Positions 11,101-22,031 of a DNA stretch of 64,000 bases are shown here, one piece after another. How positions within the stretch are numbered: the first letter of the stretch is position 1; every line of letters begins with the position of its first letter. Under the pieces are notes generated by a model. It ran no database searches, was not told the origin of the DNA, and worked only from the letters and a program-made list of their open reading frames with translations. Source of the stretch: Azolla caroliniana (taxonomy: Eukaryota; Plantae; Polypodiophyta); assembly GCA_043228905.1 (NCBI GenBank), contig JBHGNT010000004.1, positions 20,274,001-20,338,000 of the forward strand, written 5' to 3'. A program made the translations under genes and the position numbers.

Positions 11101-14100
11101 GTTTGTCAATCAACATGAATAAAACTAAAGTGATGGTGTTTAACACCACCCAAGCATGGGTAACAAGATCAGAACCAGAATTCTTCTTGGGAGAGGAAAA
11201 GGTGGAATACACACGCTCCTACACATACGTAGGAGTAACATTTACAGGACCTAGGTTCTCCTTACAGGAGGCCGCTTGTGCCCGACTTTCTCGTGGATAT
11301 GCAGCCCTGGGTGCTCTCGAAAGACAATGTGCGCATTTGCAGTTCCAAGAGCCACGGACTAAGCTATGGTTATTTGATACACTTGTCACACCAACTCTTC
11401 TCTATGGAGTAGAGACATGGGGACCGAGTCTTAACAAGGCAAATCATTGGAAAGATTTAGAGAGACCTTTAGTGTCAATGATTGCTCGCATGATAAGGAG
11501 CAAAGCATTGGTGCCCCACGATATAATCCGGGCAGAGATGGGAGCAGCACCTATAATAACCGAGGCATTGTTCTGATCAGTGACATTTATCCAACGTCTT
11601 TGGGAGCTCCCTAAACGAAGGTACCCAAGGTTGGCACTTATGTTATCAAGACAATTGGCTGAAAATGGAGACACTCATTGTTGGTATGCTGAAATGCACC
11701 AATGGTTCGAGTCACATGGCATGAGTATAAATGCACTACCCCCGTTCCAATATAGCTTGGACTGTCCCCATCTAAATATGACCAAAGTGGAAAAGAATAG
11801 AGTGATCCGAACTGATATTATTAACTTAGGAAACAAGATAACATGGATCAGCCCCAAAATAGCACTTGGTACAAAGATGGCCCACTATAAGACACACTTC
11901 TTACATACATCGGAGGATGGATTTGTCATCAGGCCACCTTATATGAACATACATCTATCCTATGCGTTGCGTAGTGTGATAGGGCAGCTGCGAACTTCAT
12001 CACATCACCTACAGATTGAGGTAGGCAGATATACACGACTACCTCTAGAAGAGAGAATTTGCCAATTGTGTCATCAAGGAGTGGAATCTGAAGAACACTA
12101 TGTTTGTCATTGTAGTGTCTTTTATGAAATCAGAGGGAGATACCATTGCCTCTTTAAACAAGGCTTTGGCCCACTACGCAAGGTAATGGAATATGAGGAC
12201 CAACGATGCCTAGGACTTTTCTTGCTAGAGCTCAAGAGACATCGGGAAAAGTTGTTGAAGAATACAGCCACACAAGCTCATCCACAAAGAACAATCACAA
12301 CTTTCTTTAGCCCCATCACTCCTAATGCTAGAAGTCAACCCCGGGATACATAAATGGGCTTCAAACCAGGACATAACAAAGGGGTTACAATTGATCGGGC
12401 AATGACAATTTGCCGTGCACATAGGCCTCGGCCCCATGGACCACGACCTCGACACCCTTGTCATCGACAGATAAAAGCCATTATCTCCCACCATCGTAGG
12501 TGCTTCCCTCGCTTCGGAGACATTTCCATTCTGGATCGACCTATGCTAGAGATCTTTCGAAGACAAATGCTACAATATACCTAACTTGAGGATCTCACAT
12601 GTGCCAAAAACCAGATTCCCTCATTTCTTTTCTTTTCATGTTATTTACTTTTATATTTACCTTGTAATATTTATTTTATTTTGATTTGTTCTCAAAGACG
12701 AGACAACACTTAAGATACAATCTCTTATTTGGTCTTATAGGCCATTTTGGCCTCTTAAAGGACGTTAATATTTCTTTCTTTCTTTCTTTCTTGAGGTCTC
12801 CCAAGAACAGTCCCAAACATTGTTGGTCTTCATATTCCATTACCTAACATGGTGGACCAGAGCCTTGATGGATATTTTCCCTCTCCCCATGATGGACATT
12901 TTTCTTTAAACTGTAGTAATCTTGTAAGGTCTCATTGGCAATCAGGGTCGTTTGGAGACATTAATATCTAAGCCTGGGGTCCAAACCTCTAGAGGTAAGT
13001 GGAATCATCTACTCGGACTTCACTAATGAACAGGTTGGTTTTCTTGAATCCGAGATTACTAGTAGCATTTGCTGCTGTGGAAAGAACCAATCATGATATG
13101 ATATAACATACTTTAATTCAGGTGATACAAGTGTTGTTCTTCTAAAAGACAGGACTACATTTTAAGATGTAATCTCTCATTTAATCTCATAGGCAATTAT
13201 GGTTTTTTGGAGACATTAGTCTATTATGGTTATTTTACTTTGTTGATCTCAAAGACAAGGCAACATTTTAAGATGTAATTATCTTTCAATCTCATTAGAA
13301 ATTTTGACCTTTAAAAGACCTTAATATATCTTTCTTCTAGCATTTAGAAAACAATAACCTGGTGTACATCTTTATTGTTATTGATGAAATTAAAAACTTC
13401 CTAAGTGCTCCCAGGTCGGACTTAAGGAATAATAGAGAAGACCATATGAGGATGGTCAAGAATGGCTCTCACCTGCCTTTAGAGATGAGTGGATATCACC
13501 TCTGGTCTAATGTGTTCATAATAAGAAATGCAACACATTTAATATTAGAAGATTGTACAATAGCTAAAATGTGGCCTAAAATATCAAACATGTACCCTAT
13601 ACTCCAGGAAGAAAATGACCTTGGATATCCTACTTGCAAAAATAACCAGATCTTTACAGATATGACATATTTTAACCTTATTACAATCACCCATATGTCA
13701 ATGAAACCAGATATTTCTATATTCTAATTCATAATTAAATTAAAATGAACCACGTACAGTATAGTAAGCAACGTAGCTTGCTGTCAAAGTAAGTGTTATC
13801 TCTATTACAGTATCGTTAAAGACTAATCCCAACCACACCACTGATATAAGACCGAATGCGAGACCTACAGCGACTCTACGAAAGGGAGACCAAAGAACAA
13901 GAAAATAATAAGTATAAAAAACAAAACAAAAAACTAGGAGCTCTGATTCTAATGTGGGGTAGACATTTACCCTCCAAAAGCAACTCTTGAGAGATAAGAT
14001 ACCACAGTTGCTGCTGTGAAGCTTTCACCAAGTACTAGCTTCAGAAACAGCCGAAAAATCACAATTGCAGTTCTGTGAAGATTAAAATGTTAGATATTTG

Positions 14101-17100
14101 ATACTACATTCTCATTGGTATATCACCAGATTATTCCTATTGTAGTTGGCACCATACAAATAACTAAAAGGATTGTGAAGATACCCACCCATCATTCATT
14201 AATGACTCTCCTTCGATCAATGTATTCAACTTTTTACTTGCACCAAGCTCCTTCAGAAGTGCCACAACCGCAACTGGATCTGTTGCACTCAGCAATCCTC
14301 CTAATAATAACGATGTGCTCCAGTTCCACTGATATGGGAAGATGTACTGAGGAAAAATACTCACGTTAGCAACAGCATTTGAATGTTGAAAAGACACACA
14401 TAAATACAGTTTCTTTTCAAGACTATCCTTTCACTGAAACTGAAATGAGTTTACAATTATTTATAGCTTGCAAACTTGAGAGCCGAATTTCAGGAAAACT
14501 GATTAATAAAAAGACAAACCTGAAAATACTCAATCAAGTGTCGAATACATATTATTCCCATAGATTGACACATGTGTGATATTCTCCATGCGTAATATTC
14601 TCAATATTCGAGAATACGAAATGGCCCCAAGAATATTAAAAAACCATTCGTTTTGCAAAATAAATATAAAAAATTTATTTATTTATTAAAATAAATTTAT
14701 TTCACCAAAAAAAGAACAATTATTCATTAATAGATTATAGTCTCAAGAGAGTTTATGGAACTTATTTTAATTAATTAATTTTTAAAAAACGAATATTTTT
14801 ATATTTATTATACAAATATGATTAGTATGAACTTTAAATATATGATTAGTTTGAAGTACTATTTTTAATGTCAAAATAAAAATATCCATAAATTTTGAGG
14901 GAATAAAAAGTGAGAAATTAATGAGCCTTTAGTTTATTTTATTTATTTATTAAAAATAAAACGAATACTTATAACTTATAAGTTATACATTTATTATAAA
15001 ATTTTAGTAGTGTCAAGTCCCCAAGTTCCTCTTTTATTATCCCTATTTGTTGTCAAGTTCCTTTTTTTATCCTAGGAAATTAAAAAAGATAGTTTTTTTT
15101 TTTGGGTTAAACGAATACTTGACCACCCATTCGTATTCGTATTCGTTTGCATTCGAATAGGAAACCCGACGAATGCGAATATGTCAATCTATGATTATTC
15201 CTGTTGTAGATTATGATTATTCATGGCCTAATGAGCATAGGATGTCATTTCTAGATCATCAAAAATAAAAGAAAACAACAACTAGCATTTCTTTCTACAT
15301 GAGCTGTGAACTCAGTTCAATGCACTAGTTTGGAAATATAAACCCAATTCAAGTACAACTTTTCTAAATTCTTAAGAGTTACAGACAAATTTATAGAGTG
15401 AAACCCAAAAAAAAAGCATTAAACTTGCAAATTCTTTAATTTCCAGTTTTTAACTTTTTTTATTTCAATACCACGCTATATTTTAATGAAAACACAAGGC
15501 TATCTATATTAATGTACACAGAAAGATTGTGGGAATCGAAAATAGAATTAAGAAAAAATTCTGCAGAACGAATTATGATACAAATATGGAGAAAAAAATG
15601 AAGATCAGTAAAGCTTCCAAGTGAATAGCTATCAAACATTTGGTAGTCTACAGCATTCGAGCAGAAATCCCCCGTCATTTCATCTCCTTTCACATATAAC
15701 ATAACTGGATGTTGACTTGACTCACGTTTATTTAAAAACATTTACAGAAATTGGATGTGCAGGTTAGCTCAGGCAGCCATACTTACATCTGGAATTTACA
15801 TTCCATCTCCTGCATTAATACATTTACAACATGTTCTTCATTTATCATGGTGTTCCATAGACGGTAATGTGTCTTATTTTCTGTTAAATATTCCATAGCA
15901 TACACAAGAAGAAAATATCATTTTCACAATGCTACAACAAGACCTAGACTTACATGTATTAGTATCCCAGAAGCAAAGGTTGATATCACCACTCCTGGAC
16001 CCGCAAGTAAAACCATTTGCATAAGGCATCTCTGTTAAATAAAGTTCCACCTCTCAAATACTTCAGGTGACAAAGAAAAGGCATAAGTATCTGAACTTAT
16101 ACAAATTGACAATTGCAGTTCTTTGGTTGAAGGAGACATAGAAAAAGAACAATTAGATAGTAGTAAAGAGATATAGGGCAAGCAACGACCTAACCATTTT
16201 ATTCAAAATTCTGTTACTTTACTTTGGAGTTTCAATTTACAAAACACAAGCACATATTGATAACATTAATGGAATTTACTTATACAAACAATAATACATG
16301 CCCCAAATCAGTGCAGATGCACCCTTCTCTGCAAGATCATGGAATACAGAGACCAATGATGGTTGGAACCGTTCTTGCTAGAACTCAAGAGATATAGAGA
16401 GAAGCTGTTGAAGGAGAACACTGCTACAACAGCTCATCAGCAGAGAACAATCATAACTTTCTTAGCCACATCACTCCTCATGCTATTAGTCAATCAAAGA
16501 CTACGCAAGTGAATTCTCAGCCAAAACACTTGAAAGGGGCCACAATAGATCGGGCAATAGCAATGTGATGAGAATGTAGGCCCAACCATATGGGCCATGG
16601 CCTTGTCACCCTTGTCACCAAACAAATAAAGGTCACTATCACCCAGTTCCAAAGGTGCTCCCTTGCTTCAGAAATCTCTCCATCTTTGCGCAGCCCATGT
16701 TAGCTATAATTTGAGAACTGAAGTTTCAGTCTAGGTTTAGAATCTTAAGTTCTTGGACATATGTATTCTTTAGTACCATACACTTAGCTGTATTTATTTT
16801 GTCCTCAAAGACAAGAAAACATTGTAAGATATAATCTCTTGTTTGGTCTTACAGGCCATTTTAACCTCCAAAAAGAGAACGATATAGATTTCTTTCTTTC
16901 CGCCTTTAAGGGTTTATTGCAGCAAATCATGATCAGCTCTCACATTCTAACACTGTTCTCTAACTTATAACATTCCCCTTTTCTTCATTTCAGTGTTTAG
17001 GTTTTCTGTAAATTGCTCTTTGAGCATGCTTCCCATCTCTGCCCAGATTATATCATGGGGCACCTATACTTTTCTCCTCAGCATGCAGGCAATCATTGAG

Positions 17101-20100
17101 AATAAAGGTCTCTCTAAGTCTTTCCGGTTATTTTCCTTGTTTGGACTCAGTCCCCACATTAGTTGGTGTCATAAGCATATCAAATAGCCACAATTTAGTT
17201 TGTGAAGAATGGAACTGCACATCTGCATACTGTCTTTCAATGGAAACATGGGTTATATATACATGGGAAAGCTGGGCACAATCAGCTTCCCCTAAGGAGA
17301 ACCTAGGCCTTATTAATATTACTCCTAGGTATGTGTAGGAGCGTGCCTATTCCACCTTTTCCTCTCCCAATTCTGATTCTAATCTTGTTACCTATGCTTG
17401 AGTAGTGTTGGAAATCATCACTTTAGTTTTATCCATGCTTATCAACAAACCAATGTCCGTACAAAATACTTTTAAGATATTTAGATGTCATTGTAATCTC
17501 TCCAAGAGTCAGAGATCAGCACACTATCATCAGCATATAGTAATATTCGAAGGATATACCCGCTAGGGATGCTCCTGAACCCCCGAATCTCTCTATGTAA
17601 TGTGATACCTCATCTATATAGAGACCATAGGGAGACTGGGTATCCTTGTTTTACTCTAATTGTGAGGATCTCTTCACAATTGCTAACACCCATGTGGATA
17701 GCTTCACAAAGTTGAGTGAATCAAACATCTAGTGAACCTATTGCAGAGGATCATGATAGGGCTGAGGAAGCTGTTAGAATCATTACTAGATGATCACTTC
17801 AGTAGGAACATGCTCTTCCAATAGCAGATGCAATTAGAGGAGGTACAGTAGATAAGCTCGCTAGACAAGCTGGTATCTATTGGAGTAAAACTTCCTGGAA
17901 GGTCACCTACCCCATACTGTCTCTAAGCTTTTCTGTTTAGCCGCAGGGTTCCCAATTCGGTCTACCCATCCAGATGATCCCACTTCTGTACTGCTATATC
18001 TACTATGACCCTTCATCCTCACAATCCAGGAGAGTGCATTTTCTCTGAAAAATTAGAGAAAATCTCTCCGATGTAAAGATTTCAAAAGTAAAAAAGCCTG
18101 GTGTTCCACCAACTGTGACCACCTGGTCGATCTCGCCACGTTCCTCGAATTTAACACATAGAAAAGCTATTGCTGATTATCAGGATAGGGCTTGAAAGGC
18201 CACTGAGACTAGTACCTGATGTCATCTGAGGTGTTGTGACAAACTCTAAGCAGTTTGAAGAGGTACAGTCAATTCATTAGCTTGACAAGCTGGCATTGCC
18301 CCACCTCAAGCATGTCACTGCAATCTATACATCATCTCTATCAATGACCATCATCGTTACCGCTATCACCACCACTATGATCCCCCATTTTCCACCGAAA
18401 TTATAACAATTTGCATCTACGTATACCTCAAATATCAGGACCTAGATGATTCTCGGCTAGGTATACGGAAGTGACCTACTGTGGAGCTCCACATGTTTCT
18501 TGAAAATATCCTATTCGCGGATAGTCTAGCCTGTCCTTTAAATTGGGCTTCATCAACCCACAGGCAGCAAGCTGTAAGCTTGACAATCTCCTCTTTGCTT
18601 ACTATATTATTGCCTCCACACTCTCTGCCTATTTGTTCTGTGTTCCACACTTTTCAGCATCATGTATTTCCTGATTTCAAATAAGGTTGTCATCCACGTA
18701 GATACTCCATACAGTTCTGAATAAATTATTAGGTGTTAATAAATTTCAAAATCCGTTTGGCAGACAGATAGTGGACAATGCATGATGGAAATCTTACTTC
18801 AACATGCATGACGTAAAGTGTGCATTTACTTATGTAGAAATAGAAATACCATAATCTAACGAGCATTAAATGTCAGTGTTACGTTCACTCCATAAAGAAT
18901 TGAGACACCTAATGCACCTTTATTTGGTGAACTTCCATTGCAAAAGAGCTCTCAAAAAGAAGGGCCGGAAGAAACACAAATAATATCAAGCTTGGACTGA
19001 TATTAGACCCTGGATAAGCACATACCCAACATTCAGAAGACCATTTATTGCAGCATGAAGATTAAGGGAAGAAATGGATTCTTACAAAGACGAATGCTTT
19101 GTCCCAAAGTACCAAGTATATTATTTGTTCCATACTCTGTCATTCAACAACAAATGTACCAGCATCAGCATGTTAGTGTTATGTACTTATTTAGGTAAAA
19201 TTCAGACTTAATTTTCCACGTTATAAATTAGGACTCTCAACTTTATATTGCACAAATGAAAATAGCAGCTCTGATGTACATCAATATTAAGGTTAAAAGC
19301 ACTTAGGGAGAATTCGTTGAATAAATATGTTGGTAAAGCATATAGGAAAAACTTGAGTCCAAAGTGGTCCTGATTTTCCTCTATAAAAGTATGCCACGGT
19401 TCATATGAAGGAAAATGTTGAGGTATTCAACGATTTCCCCAATGGCCAAGATTCAGGAAAAGATTCATAATTGAAATCTTAGCTTCCTGGATCTGAAATT
19501 TAGTCTTCGTGAGTGCAAAATCTAAAGGGGCGTATTTCATCAGTAGTTAAGATTTCTTCGGGGGTGAAATTGGTGGTTTCATTTGTATTTTACCACCCTG
19601 TAGAAGTTCCAACAGCTAATTTCAGATATTGCCCTTATCGCAGACCAGAGTCACCAAAAAAGATGTCAAATCATTTACTATTTATTATCAATAAAAAAAC
19701 ATCAAACGGGGAGTCGACCGAGGCCAACATGGTGTCAACTTCCTTCTTCATGAGTAATCCAGCTCCTGGATGTGAAATAAGCCTTGACAAGTCCAAAATC
19801 TGAAGGAAATATTTCTACAAGAGTTCTTTGGGGTTGAAACGTAAGCAAATTTGGAGGTTTAATCATTATCTTATGGCTCTTTGGAACTTCCACCAGCCAG
19901 TTTCAGATATGCTCCCCATAGCAGATCAAACTCGGCAAGAAACAGGACTCATACTTTACAACACGGCAAAATAGACAAAACACAAAATAAAACCAATGAA
20001 AACTCATTGCCACAACTTATTCTGCAATGGTTTTTCCTTGAAACACAGCAAAATAGACAAAACACAAAATAAAACCAATGAAAACTCATTGCCACAACTT

Positions 20101-20731
20101 CTTCTGTTATGGTTTTTCCCTGAAACATGGCAAAATAGACAAAACACAAAATAAAACTCGTTGCCACAACTTATTCTGCTATGGTTTTTCCTTGAAATTT
20201 TCAATTATTCCAATGTGTTCGATTTTGGAATAAAAGGAGAGAAAATTTAGCCTCCAGTTTCAGTTTATTAGGTGATTTTAAATTTCATTTTTTTAGTTCT
20301 GAATTTTACATTGGATGCAATTATTGAGAAAGAAGCATTTAATGGAATATTTGTGTGGAAGCTGGCCCCTCTCGTCATCTAGATATCGATGTAGATTTCC
20401 ATCTCATAGGTCAATTTTTGTCTTTTGCAGACATTAATATAAATTTTCATTTTTAGTCTCTTAGGAAATATAAGCTTTGACTATATTATTATTTCTTCTC
20501 ATAATAATATATGCATCAGAAGGAATTCATTTCTTTTACATTCATCAATATACGTATTGGAAGGATGTGTCATATACCTGCAGCTCCCATGGCAATACCG
20601 AGCACAAGGAGAGCGCCTGTGTAAGGTATTCTAGTTCCTTTCAAGAGATGTCGACAAAGGAGGCCCAAGACCAAGGCCACACCGATGAACAAGATTGGGA
20701 GTTCAGGAGAGTTTTCAGATTCAGTGTCCAT
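2164..20731 (-). CDS. SOS1: Plasma-membrane Na+/H+ antiporter, SOS1/NHX7-like (5' 13 exons; gene continues past the left edge)
   Basis: GT-AG exons with consistent phases: 20578-20731, 19086-19136, 18918-19009, 15954-16031, 14189-14346, 13971-14072, 13758-13875, 5922-5974, 5772-5837, 2957-3001, 2828-2877, 2472-2656, 2164-2223. Spliced protein includes RHLLKGTRIPYT, FLPALLFESSFAMEVHQIKRC, LLSATDPVAVVALLKELGASKKL, IEGESLMNDG, SGVLAVMT, FWEMVSYIANTLIFILSG and WGGLRGAVALSLSLSV, all hallmark SOS1 transmembrane motifs. Confidence 0.95.
3620..5365 (+). mobile_element. Old, 5'-truncated, degenerate LINE copy (family A)
   Basis: IGVKQGCPPSPTLF and KVMVF remnants, collinear with 10600-12760 but with many indels and stops. 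Ends in the family 3' motif CCATTTTGGCC. Confidence 0.85.
6300..7169 (-). mobile_element. Degenerate L1-type LINE remnant, interrupted by the full-length family A LINE (continues ~12797-13100)
   Basis: Minus-strand fragments LNLPIGHG...LPKLIENF (left) and PGLDINVSK (right) resemble the L1 post-RT motifs SGLKINxxK and YLGLPLG. The reading joins up across the TSD. Confidence 0.4.
6691..7055. repeat. Tandem repeat, 3 x 121 bp
   Basis: Unit AGTACTTCAACTCTCTGTGCC...GAATGAAAGAG starts at 6691, 6812 and 6933; copies are nearly identical. Confidence 0.95.
7609..8681 (+). pseudogene. LINE ORF1 (coiled coil plus RRM/CTD-like region), disrupted near the 5' end
   Basis: ORF 7824-8681 has a Glu/Lys-rich coiled coil, then VRVVGWAE...WRVGR...LIIRF...KGEKIYLDDDVT, typical of LINE ORF1. 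The likely ATG at 7609 is out of frame. Confidence 0.75.
8688..12353 (+). pseudogene. LINE ORF2: APE endonuclease, reverse transcriptase and C-terminal CxxC-H-C domain; disrupted
   Basis: APE motifs TIWNCN, TETH, GSGGV, LLGDFNA, ADH. RT motifs NYRTI, FVDFRKAFD, GVKQGCPLSPTLF, LLYADD. C-terminus LRTSSHHLQIEVGRY..RICQLC..ESEEHYVCHC. Frameshifts between 8950 and 9200; stops at ~9759 and 11574. Confidence 0.9.
13130..13340 (+). repeat. Two short degenerate LINE 3'-end fragments
   Basis: TGTTCTTCTAAAAGAC...TTAAGATGTAATCTCTC...AGGCAATTATGG and TTGATCTCAAAGACAAGG...TTTTGACCTTTAAAAGACCTTAATATATCTTTCTTC both match 12685-12790. Confidence 0.75.
14559..15193. mobile_element. hAT-type MITE
   Basis: Perfect 12-bp TIR CATAGATTGACA / TGTCAATCTATG. 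8-bp TSD ATTATTCC at 14551-14558 and 15194-15201. Subterminal ATTCG/CGAAT repeats and an AT-rich interior. Confidence 0.93.
16315..16900 (+). mobile_element. 5'-truncated LINE family A relative (3' end with tail)
   Basis: Homologous to 12150-12790. Ends AGGCCATTTTAACCT...GATATAGATTTCTTTCTTTC. Confidence 0.85.
17000..17660 (-). mobile_element. LINE family A RT fragment, opposite orientation
   Basis: Reverse complement matches 10880-11545 (IRVKQGYP, LLYADDS, KTKVMI). Confidence 0.8.
19961..20197. repeat. Tandem repeat, ~3 x 82 bp
   Basis: ACA..GCAAAATAGACAAAACACAAAATAAAAC...TTGCCACAACTT at 19961, 20043 and 20125; the third copy has a 10-bp deletion. Confidence 0.9.
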
Positions 20732-21100
20732 GGATCCTTGGTGAATAATCTGCCACAAAGAGCAAGGTGGAAACAAGTTTAGCAATCCAGAAAAGACAAA
20801 GAAACAGTATCGAAATAAGAAAGAAGACTGACTAAGGGTGAATGGTGAATGGTCAGAATCAAAGATGAAACGACAGAGTTGAGTAGGAAGATAAGGTTAG
20901 GATCAAGATTGAAAAAGCAAAGTCGATGGTGATGATACCGTTTGGATCAAAAATGAAAATTTGCAAAGCTGATGATTAGAAGGTTGGGAAGGTTCGGATT
21001 CAATGGGGAAGATGGTGATGGTGATGGCACAAAAATGAAAATTTGATCTGGTGATGATGATAAGGTTCGGATTCAACGGGAAAGATGGTGATGATGATGA

Positions 21101-21212
21101 ATACAAGGTTTGGATAAACGGTGAGTCAAGGAATCTGAAGAAGAAGAAGAAGAAGAAGAAGCATACAAGGTTTGGATAAACGGTGAGTCAAGGAATCTGA
21201 AGAAGAAGAAGA
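21101..21212. repeat. Direct repeat of ~50 bp with (GAA)n
   Basis: ATACAAGGTTTGGATAAACGGTGAGTCAAGGAATCTGAAGAAG occurs twice. Confidence 0.85.
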
Positions 21213-21450
21213 TCAAGAAGAAGAGAAACGGTGCAGACGAAAACGATGATGAAGCTGAAGATTGAAGATTGAAGAATGAAGAATGGAGAGGGAGAATGAA
21301 AGCATAAGAATACATATACTTCTGTGACCAGTAAGTAGTATGTACTTGCCTGTGCCTGGGAAAGGAAGAACATGTGGGTTACAAACAAACAAACTACACT
21401 GCGATGGGAAGAAGACAGAAAGGAAGAAGAAACAATAAATAACAATAATC

Positions 21451-21483
<33 letters not shown>

Positions 21484-21599
21484 GTCTGCTGAAATGGATT
21501 AATTGCTGAGCCAGTGGTGGTTTCAGAAAGAAAGAAAGAAAGAAAATAGAATAAAATACAACTTTAAAGGAATCTTGACTCAGAGATAAGAGCCATTAG

Positions 21600-21711
21600 T
21601 CTCTCTGTCTCTGTCTATGTCTCTCTCTCTCTCTCTCTCACCCCAATTTAATTATGAGCTAATAATAAATACTAACCTAACCACAAGCGCTCTCTCTCAT
21701 CTCGTATCTCT

Positions 21712-21748
<37 letters not shown>

Positions 21749-21978
21749 TCGTATCTCTCAGATCTCTCTCTCTCTCTCTCTCTCTCTCATCTCTCTCTCA
21801 TCTTTCTGTCTCTGTCTCTGTCTCTCTGGTGCTTACTGTTTCTGCTGCTACTGCTGCTTGCTTGTGTAATGGTGGTGGTGTTGTGGCGGTTGTGGTAGCT
21901 TCGTCCATCTCCATGCTCATGCTCCACCACCACAGGTATGGGAAGCACCATGACCAGCGCCACCATTCCACCATGCTC

Positions 21979-22026
<48 letters not shown>
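21600..22026. repeat. (TC)n/(GA)n microsatellite-rich 5' region of SOS1
   Basis: Several (TC)n tracts flank the candidate first exon; (AAT)n at ~21450-21483. Confidence 0.9.
21837..21974 (-). CDS. Candidate upstream coding exon of SOS1
   Basis: 46 open codons (MVEWWRWSWCFPYLWWWSMSMEMDEATTTATTPPPLHKQAAVAAET) end at a strong phase-0 donor ACA|GTAAGC. This is in frame with the phase-0 acceptor TGGCAG|ATT at 20749, which reads IIHQGSMDTES. Confidence 0.5.

Positions 22027-22031
<5 letters not shown>

Larger units (their letters stand above)
7170..12790 (+). mobile_element. Full-length non-LTR retrotransposon (LINE family A, RTEX-like), antisense in SOS1 intron 7
   Basis: Repetitive 5' UTR, ORF1, ORF2 (APE-RT-Cys/His domain), 3' stem-loop and (TTTC)n tail at 12771-12790. 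Candidate TSD TTGAGG at 7164-7169 and 12791-12796. Confidence 0.92.

Noticed and set aside
17660-18750. GC-richer intronic stretch with a short repeated motif (GAGGTACAGT...GACAAGCTGG)
   Set aside because: Probably old TE sequence, but no diagnostic motif or terminus could be identified.
19961-20197. Regular repeats that might suggest a CRISPR-like array
   Set aside because: Whole units repeat with no unique spacers; eukaryotic context and no cas genes.
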